Assembly: GCA_965202625.1 (NCBI GenBank) | Contig: CBDBBI010000010.1 | Coordinates: 1,216,001-1,280,000, forward strand | From: a bacterium | Lineage (GTDB): Bacteria; UBA8248 | Length of the DNA: 64,000 nt | Reading direction: 5' to 3' | In this document: positions 11,375-21,979 of the stretch, piece by piece | How the letters are laid out: each line of letters opens with the position of its first letter | How positions within the stretch are numbered: the first letter of the stretch is position 1 | Notes under the pieces: model-generated | The model's database searches: none | What the model saw: the letters and a program-made list of their open reading frames with translations, nothing else | What the model was told of the DNA's origin: nothing | Position numbers and translations under genes: made by a program

Positions 11375-11430
11375 GCCCTAAACTCTCCTCAATCGAAATC
11401 AAACCAGGCCGCAGCCTGAAAGGTGATGGA

Positions 11431-12213
11431 TTATTCTTTCGCCTTCTCGGCGGCCACCCTCATCATCTCCGCCGCCACCGCGTCGCCCGAGGCGACGACG
11501 GCCTCCACGTCCTCCGCCCCCGTCTCCTCGCGCAACGTGAGACCTTCGGCGACAGCCTCCGCCACCCGGGACACGAAGAAGCGAATCGAGCGAAGGGCGT
11601 CGTCGTTGCCCGGCAAGACGTAATCCACCCCATCGGGGGCCGAATTCGTGTCCACTAACGCGATGACGGGCATGCCCACTTTCCTAGCCTCTCGAATCGC
11701 GTTGGACTCATGGCCGGTGTCAATGACGAACATGGCTTGGGGCAGCTTGTCCATGTGCTTGATACCGCCCAGAAACTTCTCGAGTCGATCCAGATCTTTC
11801 CCGCGCCGGACCGCCTCTTTTTTCGCCAGAAGATCGAAGGTGCCATCGTTCTTCATGCCCTCAAGGTCAAGGAGGCGCGCGATGGAATTCTTTATAGTCT
11901 CGAAATTGGTGAGAGTGCCGCCGAGCCAGCGCTGGGTTACGTAGGGCATTCCGACTCTTCGGGCCCCTTCCGCGACGATTTCCTGGGCTTGCTGCTTCGT
12001 TCCCACGAAGAGGATTTTGCCGCCCCTTGCGGCAATGTCCCGAATCGCCTCCCGAGCGGCGTTGAGCAGCTTGAGGGTCTTTTGAAGGTCGATGATGTAA
12101 ATCCCCTTTCGCGCACCGAAGATGTAGGGGCGCATCTTGGGATTCCATCGGGTGGTCTGGTGTCCGAAATGCGCGCCGGACTCCAGCAACGCGCGTAATG
12201 TAATAGGGTTCAC
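11431..12213 (-). CDS. rpsB: 30S ribosomal protein S2
   Basis: GAHFGHQ, WNPKM, RWLGGTLTNF, PGNDDA. GTG start at 12213 follows an AAAGGAG Shine-Dalgarno. Confidence 0.98.
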   Translation of the reverse strand: MNPITLRALLESGAHFGHQTTRWNPKMRPYIFGARKGIYIIDLQKTLKLLNAAREAIRDIAARGGKILFVGTKQQAQEIVAEGARRVGMPYVTQRWLGGTLTNFETIKNSIARLLDLEGMKNDGTFDLLAKKEAVRRGKDLDRLEKFLGGIKHMDKLPQAMFVIDTGHESNAIREARKVGMPVIALVDTNSAPDGVDYVLPGNDDALRSIRFFVSRVAEAVAEGLTLREETGAEDVEAVVASGDAVAAEMMRVAAEKAKE

Positions 12214-12478
12214 GAGAACGCTCCTTTCGCTCCGCCTTTCATCGAGGGGAGCCCTGCCGGCCTCTAGGCGGACGAGACCGAATTTCCAAGCATTTGACTT
12301 TATTTGAGTAATTCGCCAACCGGCTTCATCGCCACGATGTCCGCCACCGCTCAGCACACGGAATGTCTCACAAGAGCGAAGGCGATTCAAGTCGCTCAAT
12401 CAAAAGCGTTTTCCGGTTCGCGTTGAACGGAAGGAGATCGCCAGATTTCGGGCGCCGAGCGGATGCTAACCCCCTGGC

Positions 12479-13693
12479 TCAAGTCTTGTAATCCGCATTG
12501 AACCTGACGTATTCCGCGCTCAAATCGGTCGTCCAGAAAACAGCCTCCGCCTCACCTGCCCCCAGACCCAGTTCGAGGCCGTATTCGGGCTTCTTGAGGA
12601 CTGGCGCCAGTGCTTCGGCCCAGCCTGACACAGGCGCACCATCACGCATCACCTGCACGTCCTCGACCCGCAGCGACATCCTCTCGGGCGTCACATCCGC
12701 GCCGCTGTAGCCCGCGGCGGCGAACATTCGACCCCAGTTGGGCATCTCGCCGTGAATCGCCGTCTTCACGAGAACGCTCTCTGAGACGGACTTGGCGGCC
12801 AGGCGCGCCTCGGCCTCGCTGGCGGCGCCCGTAACTCTCACCTCCACCACCTTGCTCACCCCCTCGCCGTCCCGAACGATGGACATGGAGAGTTCCTTGC
12901 ACACCCGGTGAAGTCCCGCCTTGAACCGCTCGAGGTCTTCCGCCGACTCTACGCCTACGCCGGATGCCCCCGTGGCGGCGAGGAGCACCGTGTCGTTCGT
13001 CGAGGTGTCGCCGTCAATGGTCACGCAGTTGAAAGTCTTGCGCGTGACGACACCCAAGAGGCTCGCGAGACTCGCTTGCGAGAGGGCGGCGTCCGTGGCG
13101 ACATAGGCGAGCATGGTCGCCATGTCGGGGGCAATCATGCCGGCGCCCTTCGCCATGCCGCCGATGGCGAAAGAACCCCCGGACGCGCTTACCCGAACGG
13201 CGAACTCTTTAGGGCGCGTATCGGTCGTCATGATGCCTTCCGCCGCCTCGCCGCCGCCTTCAGACGAAAGGCCAGAAAGCAGATTTCCGATTCGAGACTT
13301 CATCGCGCAGAGCGGAAGCGGAACACCGATGATTCCCGTCGAGGACATGGCGACCTGCTCCTCCGGACAATCGAGCGCATCGGAGACCTCGGCGCACAAG
13401 TTCACGGCATCCTCATAACCCTTGAGGCCAGTGCAGGCGTTCGCGTTACCGCTGTTGATGAGAAACGCGCTCAAAGGGGATTTACCTATTCGCTCCCGAC
13501 AGAGCGCGACGGGAGCGGCGCACATCCTGTTTCGCGTATAAACGCCGGCGGCCGTCGCCGGTGGGTCGAAGGCGAGCAACACCATATCAGGCTTGCCCGA
13601 CGCCTTGACCCCCGCCCTCACCGAGGCGGCGCGCACGCCTTGCGCCGCGCAAACGCCGCCATCGACCACCCAAATGAATTCTTGATCGCTCAC
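12479..13693 (-). CDS. argJ: Bifunctional ornithine acetyltransferase / N-acetylglutamate synthase
   Basis: NSGNANACTG, IMTTDT, KGAGMIAPDMATML, DGDTSTND. Confidence 0.97.
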   Translation of the reverse strand: MSDQEFIWVVDGGVCAAQGVRAASVRAGVKASGKPDMVLLAFDPPATAAGVYTRNRMCAAPVALCRERIGKSPLSAFLINSGNANACTGLKGYEDAVNLCAEVSDALDCPEEQVAMSSTGIIGVPLPLCAMKSRIGNLLSGLSSEGGGEAAEGIMTTDTRPKEFAVRVSASGGSFAIGGMAKGAGMIAPDMATMLAYVATDAALSQASLASLLGVVTRKTFNCVTIDGDTSTNDTVLLAATGASGVGVESAEDLERFKAGLHRVCKELSMSIVRDGEGVSKVVEVRVTGAASEAEARLAAKSVSESVLVKTAIHGEMPNWGRMFAAAGYSGADVTPERMSLRVEDVQVMRDGAPVSGWAEALAPVLKKPEYGLELGLGAGEAEAVFWTTDLSAEYVRFNADYKT

Positions 13694-14730
13694 ATCCAGA
13701 ACCCTGGTTGAAGAAGCCCTTGCGTCTCGGGAAGCCCCAGCATGAGGTTCATGTTCTGAACCGCCGCTCCCGAGGCGCCTTTTACTAGATTGTCTATCGC
13801 CGCCACAACGACGAAGCGCCCCGTCCGCTCATCGTGCACAAGCCCGACGTCCACATAGTTTGAGCCGGCCACCTGCATCACACCGGGCAGTGCGCCATCG
13901 GGCATCAAGCGAACGAACGGCTCATCCACATAGGAGTCCCGCAGTACCGCTCGGGCCGCTGCAGCGTCGGCAGCACCCTCACCCTCGGCGTAGATGGTCG
14001 AGAGAATACCCCGGGTCATGGGCACCAAATGCGGGGTGAACGAAACCCGCACGGCCTCTCCCAGGACAGCGGACAACTCCTGCTCAATCTCCGGCGTGTG
14101 GCGGTGATTCCCCACCCCATAGGCTCTCAAGCCCTCGTTCACCTCGCAGAACTGAAGCGCCAGGGCTGCCTTTCTACCCGCCCCTGAAACACCGGACTTC
14201 GCGTCCACGACAATGGAGTGCGGCTTGACGATCCCTCCTCTAAGAAGCGGGGCGAGGGCCAAAATCGCCCCCGTGGGATAGCACCCCGGATTCGCCACGA
14301 GGCGCGCCTTTTCGATAGCCTCGCGGTAGAGCTCGGGCATCCCGTAGACGGCGTCCGCTATCCTCTCAGGCGAGGTATGCGTCGTCCTGTACCAGGTCTC
14401 ATAGATTCCAGCGTCCCTCAAGCGGTAATCGGCAGAAAAATCCACCACCCGGTGGCCAGCCTCCAGCAACGAGGGCACGGTGTTCATCGCCACCCGATGG
14501 GGCAGGCAGCAAAACACGAGGTCGGCACCCTCGCATGCGGAGAGGCTGAACTTCACGAGTGCGCCGTCTAAGACGGAGGCGAGGGCGGGAAACACCTCCT
14601 CCACCCTCTCGCCCGCATAGGTCTCCGACGTGAGCGCAGCGACCTCTACGTCCCCGTGTGCGGCCAGAAGCCTCAACAACTCAAAGCCCGTGTAACCCGT
14701 GGCGCCCACCACAGCGATCTTGGGCATCAT
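13690..14730 (-). CDS. argC: N-acetyl-gamma-glutamyl-phosphate reductase
   Basis: GATGYTG, ANPGCYPT, SGVSGAGR, HRHTPEI, DNLVKGASG. Confidence 0.98.
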   Translation of the reverse strand: MMPKIAVVGATGYTGFELLRLLAAHGDVEVAALTSETYAGERVEEVFPALASVLDGALVKFSLSACEGADLVFCCLPHRVAMNTVPSLLEAGHRVVDFSADYRLRDAGIYETWYRTTHTSPERIADAVYGMPELYREAIEKARLVANPGCYPTGAILALAPLLRGGIVKPHSIVVDAKSGVSGAGRKAALALQFCEVNEGLRAYGVGNHRHTPEIEQELSAVLGEAVRVSFTPHLVPMTRGILSTIYAEGEGAADAAAARAVLRDSYVDEPFVRLMPDGALPGVMQVAGSNYVDVGLVHDERTGRFVVVAAIDNLVKGASGAAVQNMNLMLGLPETQGLLQPGFWM

Positions 14731-15135
14731 TCCTCCTCAACTCTCCCTTTACCCCTTTTTCATCTTACCGAACAAATGCAGAAATAAACTCTTATATCTA
14801 ACAAAGTTTCGACTCTCCACATAAGGATATCGGATGTGCGTCGTCATTTTCCATAGCGGCAACGTTTATTATCGGCACTTTCGTATATAATTCGCATTTT
14901 TTATTGTTTAACATGCCAAAAGCGCCGTTCGCCAAATTACGGCTTTGTCGCCAATCAAAGCGTTAAGTCTATAGTCCAATACGCTAGACATATAACATGG
15001 CGCGTGGGTGGGAACCGATTCGAGTGATTTCCCCATTATCGTTATCCAATTGATACGACGGCTAGACAAAAGCAGGATTTTCAGTCGAAACTGCGCCCTT
15101 TTAGGCTACCATTTTATGCCATCGGGGGAAAAGTA

Positions 15136-15888
15136 TTGATAAAGGGAGCGGCAAAAAGATTATTACACCTTGCGGAAGTAGTCGCGCGCATTTTGAACAA
15201 AGAAGCAGACTACTGCGTTATAAACAAAAAATTCTGGCCGGCTTGTGATACAGAAAATAAAAATGTGCTTCTATACAAAACAGCTCTAGAAAAAGTCGAT
15301 AGGAATTCGAGGGATACTATTAGTGGACAATTGCGATTCTATAGCCTTATCCAAATGGCTCGTCACGTACTTTCCAAAAATATCAAAGGGGATTTTGTGG
15401 AATGTGGAGTGTGGAAAGGGCATTCCGCATGTATTGTCGCTACCTTGATAAAAGAATATTGTGGTTCGAGACCTTTTCACATTTTTGATTCTTTTGAGGG
15501 GTTGTCGGCATACGGGCCGCAGGATGGGAGGAGATTCTCGCAACCAATAGAAGAGCCCGCACCGTATGCTTGCGACGAGGATACCGTCCGGAAAAATTTA
15601 GACGAATTTGATTTTTTGCATTTTTATAAGGGGTGGATTCCAAGTCGTTTTGATGAAGTGGCGGACAGGAAATTCGCTTTCGCGCACATTGACGTCGATT
15701 TGTATCAGCCAACGATCGATTCGTTGGGTTTCTTTTTTCCTCGGCTGAACGACGGTGGAGTGATTGTCGTGGATGATTACGGCACCCATTTTGAGGGGTG
15801 CGGCAAGGCGGTGCGGGAGTTTCTCGATAAACGGGACATTGAGATGTTCTACGAAATCCCGACGGGCGGCGCGTTTATAATAAAATAA
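15136..15888 (+). CDS. TylF/MycF (macrocin O-methyltransferase-like) SAM-dependent O-methyltransferase
   Basis: GDFVECGVWKG, FDSFEGL, KGW, AHIDVDLY, GGVIVVDDYG. AT-richer than its flanks. Confidence 0.88.
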   Translation: MIKGAAKRLLHLAEVVARILNKEADYCVINKKFWPACDTENKNVLLYKTALEKVDRNSRDTISGQLRFYSLIQMARHVLSKNIKGDFVECGVWKGHSACIVATLIKEYCGSRPFHIFDSFEGLSAYGPQDGRRFSQPIEEPAPYACDEDTVRKNLDEFDFLHFYKGWIPSRFDEVADRKFAFAHIDVDLYQPTIDSLGFFFPRLNDGGVIVVDDYGTHFEGCGKAVREFLDKRDIEMFYEIPTGGAFIIK

Positions 15889-16101
15889 CGCCCAATCACG
15901 AGAACGTGAAATCCGCCAGCCAAGGTGGTATGGGAAAAGAAACAAACGCCCTCGTATCGTATTTTGGCGAGGCGCGCATCCAGGCACTGAGCAACCGACG
16001 CGGGAGGAGGTTTTCGCCAGCCTCTTTTTTCGCCGGAAGAATCAGGACATGCGCATATTATTTTGGAGGGGGTTATTTCGCTTTATGGGAAGCCATGTCG
16101 T

Positions 16102-16497
16102 TTAACGTTTAGAGAACTGGAAGCTCTTGCGCGCGCCCTTGAGGCCGTACTTTTTCCGCTCCTTGACGCGGGAGTCGCGCGTGATGAGGCCCGCTTTTTT
16201 CAGAATCGCCCGAAACGAGGGGTCCACGCCCAAAAGCGCCTTTGATATGCCGTGGCGAAGGGCGCCTGCCTGGCCGGTGAGTCCCCCGCCATTCACGGTG
16301 GCGCGAACGTCGTAGCTTCCCCAGGTCTCGGTCAATTCGAAAGGCTGCTTGATCACCATGAGCGAGGTGTCACGGAGAAAATACTCATCCGCGGGCGTGT
16401 TGTTGACAAGAATCCTTCCATCGCCCGGCTTTATCCAGACGCGCGCGACGGACGTTTTCCGCTTTCCAGTGGCGTAGTGTTGCAGTATCGTGGCCAT
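16102..16497 (-). CDS. rpsI: 30S ribosomal protein S9
   Basis: [43 protein letters not shown] terminus. Confidence 0.99.
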   Translation of the reverse strand: MATILQHYATGKRKTSVARVWIKPGDGRILVNNTPADEYFLRDTSLMVIKQPFELTETWGSYDVRATVNGGGLTGQAGALRHGISKALLGVDPSFRAILKKAGLITRDSRVKERKKYGLKGARKSFQFSKR

Positions 16498-16523
16498 GTG
16501 GACGTCAAAAACCTCCCGGAGTT

Positions 16524-16976
16524 CTAGTCAAACCGAATCGCCTCGGGGCATTGCGCCTCGTGCGGATGCTTCTCGCCCGCATACACTTTCAGTTTTCGAA
16601 GCAGGGCGCGCCCGAGCTTGTTTTTGGGCAACATACCCCGCACGGCGTGTTGTATCACGCGATCGGGGTGCGTTTCCAACATCCGCGCCGCGCTCACCTG
16701 CTTGAGATGGCCCGGGTAGCCAGAATGGCGGTAGTATTTTTTCGCCGCAAGCTTGCGGCCCGTGAGCACGACGCGCTCAGCGTTGACGACGACGACGTAC
16801 TCGCCGTTGTCAACGTGCGGTGCCCACTCGGGCTTGTGCTTTCCACGCAACAGCGTCGCTACGCGCGTGGAGAGGCGGCCCAAGGTTTGGTCCTTTGCGT
16901 CCACCAGCACCCAGCCGCGCTCGGCGTTGGCCTTCTCTTTCGTAAGGGTGGGCGTAGCCCGGTACATTCTCATCAA
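16524..16976 (-). CDS. rplM: 50S ribosomal protein L13
   Basis: [36 protein letters not shown]. Confidence 0.99.
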   Translation of the reverse strand: MMRMYRATPTLTKEKANAERGWVLVDAKDQTLGRLSTRVATLLRGKHKPEWAPHVDNGEYVVVVNAERVVLTGRKLAAKKYYRHSGYPGHLKQVSAARMLETHPDRVIQHAVRGMLPKNKLGRALLRKLKVYAGEKHPHEAQCPEAIRFD

Positions 16977-17165
16977 TTCTCTTCCGTGATTCGGTGGCTA
17001 CCTTCTTATGCGAAGGCGGAGAAACACATAAAGCCCATATCTCCAGAAGATGTCAACCCCTGGGACGGAATTTTGGGAGCGGGGGAAAACGCGCGGGCGC
17101 GTTTCGCATCCCTTTGTTCTCTCATTCCGCGTGTCTGGGGGAAAGCGCCGGCGAACGAGACGCCG

Positions 17166-18467
17166 CTACAGCTTGAACAAACGATCGTTTTGCTCGAAAT
17201 CCGCAAAGGCGTTCCGGGTGTCCACGATGCACCCCGCATGATCGTAGATGCACTTTCGATCCAGTCGTTTGTGGTTCGCCAGCACTACCACGCAGTCGTA
17301 TTCACCAAGCGAATCCGCGCTGATGGGCCGGGATTGCGCTTGTATAAAGTCGAAGTCGAGCTCCGGAACGTGGGGGTCCGAATAATGAACGCGCACACCC
17401 CGCCTCTGAAGGTGGTGCCAGACGTCCAGAGCGGGGCTCTCCCGAATGTCGCTCACGTCCGCTTTGTAGGTTACCCCTACCAGCAGTGCGCTAGAGCCTT
17501 TCAGCGCCTTGCCTCTCTCGTTCAGTGCCCTGACAATGAGCTCCACGACGAACGAAGGCATCGAGCTGTTTATCTGATCAGCCAACTCAATGAACCTCGC
17601 GTCGAATCCCGCCTGCCGCACCTTCCAAGACAGGTACATGGGGTCCACGGGAATGCAATGCCCGCCGAGACCCGGACCGGGATAAAACGGCATGAAGCCA
17701 AACGGCTTCGTTTTCGCCGCCTCGATCACCTCCCAAATATCCACTTCGAGGGCGTGGCACATTTTCGCCATCTCGTTCACCATGCCGATGTTGACGCTGC
17801 GAAACGTATTTTCCAGCAATTTCACCATTTCGGCGATTCGGGGAGAGGTGACCCGCACGACGCGGTCAACGCCTCTCTCATAAAAGGCACAGGCGCAATC
17901 CGCGCAGTTTCGCGTCACGCCGCCCACGATTTTAGGGATATTTCTGATGTTGTATCGCTCGCTTCCCGGATCAACGCGCTCAGGGGAGAACGCCAGATAA
18001 AAATCATCGCCCACCTTCCATCCGTTCGCCGACAGAGAAGGCAAGATGATCTCCTCGGTCGTTCCCGGGTAGGTGGTGCTCTCGAGCACGTAAAGCTGCC
18101 CCCGCCTCCTGTGCCGCAGTATGCTCTCCAGGGCGGACTGAACGAAGGACAAGTCCGGCTCCCCCGTCTTTCCGAGCGGCGTGGGAACGCAAATGCTGAT
18201 GGCGTCCGCCTCCGCAAGCACTCGCGGATCGGAGGTGAACTCCAACCGATTCGCCTCAGACAAGCCCTCGGCCAAGCTCTCTGAGGGAACGTCCGTAATA
18301 TAGCTTCTCCCCTCTTGCAAAGCGCAGACGCGAGCGGGGTTTACTTCCAGGCCAACGACCCGATAGCCGGCGCGCACGAACTCCAGGGTGAGCGGGAGAC
18401 CGACATACCCCAAGCCCATCACACACACGCGAATCTGTTTTTTCCGTATCTTCTCAATGAGCCGCAC
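17166..18467 (-). CDS. Nucleotide-sugar dehydrogenase (UDP-GlcNAc/ManNAc 6-dehydrogenase, WbpA/WecC-like)
   Basis: GLGYVGLP, CVPTP, ESTTYPGTT, FSPER, GPGLGGHCIPVDP, YKADVSDIRESP. Confidence 0.92.
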   Translation of the reverse strand: MRLIEKIRKKQIRVCVMGLGYVGLPLTLEFVRAGYRVVGLEVNPARVCALQEGRSYITDVPSESLAEGLSEANRLEFTSDPRVLAEADAISICVPTPLGKTGEPDLSFVQSALESILRHRRRGQLYVLESTTYPGTTEEIILPSLSANGWKVGDDFYLAFSPERVDPGSERYNIRNIPKIVGGVTRNCADCACAFYERGVDRVVRVTSPRIAEMVKLLENTFRSVNIGMVNEMAKMCHALEVDIWEVIEAAKTKPFGFMPFYPGPGLGGHCIPVDPMYLSWKVRQAGFDARFIELADQINSSMPSFVVELIVRALNERGKALKGSSALLVGVTYKADVSDIRESPALDVWHHLQRRGVRVHYSDPHVPELDFDFIQAQSRPISADSLGEYDCVVVLANHKRLDRKCIYDHAGCIVDTRNAFADFEQNDRLFKL

Positions 18468-18911
18468 AGTTTCTCCACGACACGAAAAAGACGGGGGAAT
18501 TCATTCGGAAAGAATCGTTACCCCTCGCAATGCGCAGTGCCCCTTGTTACACCATCCCCCGAAAGATGCCAAGGAAAGGAGTGGAACAATCTGGAACCAG
18601 TCGACGCGCGCCTTCCATTCCGGTAATGAACGGAAAGTCGAAAACCTCCTCGCTCCAAGCACGCGGGGTTCACGTCGCATTCAAGGACGGCGGCAAACGC
18701 ACGCCCGGCGTCTCAGGATAAATGCGGAATTTCGGCCAAAAAACGAAGGGGTAGAGAGGCGCGCCAGTTTCTTGGGAGAGGCTCATTTCGCGCAGATCGC
18801 ATAGGAGAGCCAAAGGCGGATGAGGGCGCGAGCGTATGGCGGGGAGGGCTCCGCGCCCTCGGCACTCTCGATGTCGGGATGCGCAGCCGATAGCGCGCGA
18901 CACGCTCAACG

Positions 18912-19592
18912 TCAAACGTTCATGGCGCGGACAAGGGGCGCGCCCTCGTGATAATCGATCACGTTCAGCGCCGCGAAGTCCTGCTCCAGCCTGAAAAAGC
19001 TATCGAGCGGAGCGCTTAAGGCGTCGCACAAAATCACCCGGTTCACCGCCGCGTGCGCGCTGATGATGAGGTTCTTCTCCTTCTCCCTGGCGCACATCTC
19101 GGAAAACGCGGGAAGAACCCGCCCGGCGAGCATCGCCAGGGACTCCCCGCCGCCGGGAGGCCTGGAATGAACAAAATTCTCATAATGCGCGGCCAACCGT
19201 CGGGGCTCCTTTCTTCTGAGAGCAGAATGCGTCTCCCCCTCCCAATCGCCCAGGTGAAGCTCAGCGATGCAGGCGACGATTCGGGGCCGCAGCCCCAGGC
19301 CCATCTCCTCGGAGAGAATCTCCGCCGTCCTCACGGAGCGGACGAGGGGGCTGGCGTAAAGTGCCGTCTCGCCCTCCATCAGCCATTCATGGACGCGCTC
19401 CGCCGAGGCCCGAACCTGCGCCTCGCCCTCCGCCAGGAGCGGTGCGTCCGTGCTGCCGTGAAAGCGCCCTTCTTTCGACCCTTCAGCCGCGCCATGCCTC
19501 AGCAAGAGAACGCGCGTGGCAGCTCCCGCCTTGTTCGGCATGGAAACCGTAGAATCGGCTCGCCTGCGCCTCACGCTTTTCTCTCCACTCAT
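18912..19592 (-). CDS. Histidine phosphatase family protein (CobC/GpmB-like)
   Basis: LLRHG, SPLVR, ELHLGDWEG, PGGGES. Start uncertain (19541 or 19592). Confidence 0.85.
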   Translation of the reverse strand: MSGEKSVRRRRADSTVSMPNKAGAATRVLLLRHGAAEGSKEGRFHGSTDAPLLAEGEAQVRASAERVHEWLMEGETALYASPLVRSVRTAEILSEEMGLGLRPRIVACIAELHLGDWEGETHSALRRKEPRRLAAHYENFVHSRPPGGGESLAMLAGRVLPAFSEMCAREKEKNLIISAHAAVNRVILCDALSAPLDSFFRLEQDFAALNVIDYHEGAPLVRAMNV

Positions 19593-19707
19593 CCTCCACA
19601 GAAGGAGGCTCCGTTTTCCGCGCCCACAACGCGCCCCAAGGGCACACCTCAAAGAAGGCTAAGAGTCAATCCTCGTCATCCATAGCGGCGAAGTAGTCAG
19701 TAAACAG

Positions 19708-19950
19708 TCATTCGGTCACGCATTTATAAACGCTGATACAATGAGACGGGCAGTCACTCCTTATAGTCGCCACTTGCTTACCTCTGGCGGCGCAATATTC
19801 CTGCGCTCCTTTAAACGCATCCATCACCCTAGCGGTTCCATGTTCTGTTGATAAGTTATCGCCAGAAATCATTTGTGGTGGGATGGTGCCGCAAGCAGAA
19901 GCTGTAACCGCTACTATACCCATAAAGCAAATATTCCTAATTATTTTAAT
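19708..19950 (-). CDS. Small Cys-containing lipoprotein, unknown function (apparent ATT start)
   Basis: AAGGAG, then 8 nt, then ATT and KIIRNICFMGIVAVTASAC (lipobox). The mature part has AQEYCAARGK and further Cys residues. AT-rich. Confidence 0.55.
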   Translation of the reverse strand: MKIIRNICFMGIVAVTASACGTIPPQMISGDNLSTEHGTARVMDAFKGAQEYCAARGKQVATIRSDCPSHCISVYKCVTE

Positions 19951-20079
19951 GTGTTTAACTCCTTTTCGATCATAAGGTCGCCAACAGACACCCACCAGAA
20001 ATTATACGAATAATTGAAAATGTATTGTAGGCAAAAAAATATGTGGTGAAAATATGGGAGCGCCGGCACTTGTCTTGCG

Positions 20080-20481
20080 CTATTTCGTGGCCAGGGAGAC
20101 GTCCTGTATCCCCGCTTGAGAGACGACGCCCATCACCCTCACCACGTAGCCGTAACCGAGGCGCTTATCCGCCTTGATCGTCAGAGAGGGCTTGAACTTC
20201 CCCTCTTTGACGCCCGCCTTGAGCGCGCCCGCAAGGTCATCAAGCGCCACCGGCGCGCCGTTCAGGGAAATACGCCGCTCCACTCCCACCTCAAGGAGAA
20301 ACGATTTTTTCTCCACCACCTCCGTGCTCGACTTCGACTCGGGCAGTTCGATATCCATCCGGCGGGTGAAATCCACGAAAGAGGTGGACACCATGAAAAA
20401 GATCAAGAGCAGGAAAACGACGTCTATCAACGACGTGAGCTGGAGGCTGTAATCTTCCTCCTCGCCACTGCGAAAGCGCAT
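20080..20481 (-). CDS. exbD: Biopolymer transport protein ExbD/TolR
   Basis: LTSLIDVVFLLLIFFMV, IELP, IKADK. Confidence 0.92.
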   Translation of the reverse strand: MRFRSGEEEDYSLQLTSLIDVVFLLLIFFMVSTSFVDFTRRMDIELPESKSSTEVVEKKSFLLEVGVERRISLNGAPVALDDLAGALKAGVKEGKFKPSLTIKADKRLGYGYVVRVMGVVSQAGIQDVSLATK

Positions 20482-21279
20482 TCACGGCTCCTTCGAAACC
20501 GCCCGCACCGCCTCGTCATGGGGCGGCGCATCCGGACCCGCTTCGGGTTTTCCCGCGTGTGCCGCCACCTTCTGCAGGAGCGAGAGGGCGATAGACTCGA
20601 TCTCGAACAGGAAGCGATCCCCGCGCGCGCGGAAAAAGTGATACGCCGCCAGCGCCGGAATGCCGATCAAAAGGCCCGCCGCCGTGGTGAGGAGCGCCTC
20701 TGAAATCCCCTCCGCCACCAGGTTCGGGTTGCCCGTCCCCGCGCGGCTGATGACGTCGAAAGCGCGAATCATGCCGATGACGGTGCCGAACAGGCCCAGC
20801 ATCGGCGCCAGATTCGCGATGACGCCCAAGGTGCGAAGATTGCGTGAGAGAGCGGTGGACTCGTGCTCGCCCGCGCCGATCATGCCGCGCTCCATCTCGC
20901 CGATTCCCAGACGCCGCCTCGCCAGCCCCGCTTGCAGCACGCGCGCGAGTGGGGCGTCGAACCGCCCACAGATCTGAGCGGCGCCCTCCAGATTGCCGCG
21001 ATTCCAATACACCTCGGAGGCGGTCACAAGCCCGGCGGGCAGAATCTTCTTTCGTCTGAGAGAGACAAGCCGCTCGAGGGCCACCATGAGCGCGACGACC
21101 GAGCAGCACCCCAGGGGGATCATCGTATAGCCCCCCTTCTTCAGCAGCTCCCACGCCCTGGGCGTGAAGCCCCACCAGGAAGCGGCCGGGGCGGCGAATG
21201 CGGGTGCGTCGGCGAGCAGCAGAAAAGCAACCGCCAGACCTGCGGCGATGCCCCACGTTCTGGTGCTCTCATCTTTCAT
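20482..21279 (-). CDS. exbB: MotA/TolQ/ExbB proton channel protein
   Basis: APMLGLFGTVIGMIRAF, GISEALLTTAAGL; adjacent to exbD. Confidence 0.9.
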   Translation of the reverse strand: MKDESTRTWGIAAGLAVAFLLLADAPAFAAPAASWWGFTPRAWELLKKGGYTMIPLGCCSVVALMVALERLVSLRRKKILPAGLVTASEVYWNRGNLEGAAQICGRFDAPLARVLQAGLARRRLGIGEMERGMIGAGEHESTALSRNLRTLGVIANLAPMLGLFGTVIGMIRAFDVISRAGTGNPNLVAEGISEALLTTAAGLLIGIPALAAYHFFRARGDRFLFEIESIALSLLQKVAAHAGKPEAGPDAPPHDEAVRAVSKEP

Positions 21280-21280
21280 G

Positions 21281-21979
21281 CTAGAGGGCATTTGCGAGCG
21301 CTCCCAGAAACCGGGCCGGGTCGGCTTCCATGATGACCCGCGCACCGAACACCTCCGCGCAAAAGGGAATGAGCTCGCGCGCAAGTTCCGGAAGCGGCGG
21401 TGCGCTCCCCAGAAGCCTCTCCACCGAAGTCGCGCGGCCGCCCACCTCGCCGCAGGGGTGCATCATCTCGAAGCATCTCAGATCGGGAGCCACGTTGAAC
21501 GAAACGCCGTGCATCGTCACCCAGCGTCTCGCGCCCACGCCCAGAGAGAGAATTTTCTCATCGCGCACCCAAAGACCCGGACTCCCCTCCCGCCTATTCG
21601 CGCGGAGTCCCCTTTTTTCAAGATAGCACAGAAAAATCTCCTCCAGCCGCCGGCAATGGAGATGCACGTCGCGCTCCCGATCTCTCAGGTCGCATATGGC
21701 GTAGAACATCAACTGGCCCGGGCCGTGAAAGGTCACCTCGCCGCCTCGGTTGATCCGGATGAGGGGAACCCGCGCGCCATCCACGGGCGAATGCCTCTGG
21801 AGCACGTTTTCCTCATCCCCGCCCTTGCCCAGCGTCATGACGGGCTCATGCTCAAGCAGGAGAAAAACGTCCTCTCGCAGGCGGCCTCCGGCGCGCTCCT
21901 CCCAAAGGCGCTTTTGCAACTCCCACGCCTCCTCAAACGCCACCCGCCCCAGGAAGGCGGCACTGATCGCCCTATTCAA
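21281..21979 (-). CDS. lipB: Lipoyl(octanoyl) transferase
   Basis: LEHEPVMTLG, RGGEVTFHGPGQL, HGVSFNV, HPCG. Confidence 0.93.
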   Translation of the reverse strand: MNRAISAAFLGRVAFEEAWELQKRLWEERAGGRLREDVFLLLEHEPVMTLGKGGDEENVLQRHSPVDGARVPLIRINRGGEVTFHGPGQLMFYAICDLRDRERDVHLHCRRLEEIFLCYLEKRGLRANRREGSPGLWVRDEKILSLGVGARRWVTMHGVSFNVAPDLRCFEMMHPCGEVGGRATSVERLLGSAPPLPELARELIPFCAEVFGARVIMEADPARFLGALANAL

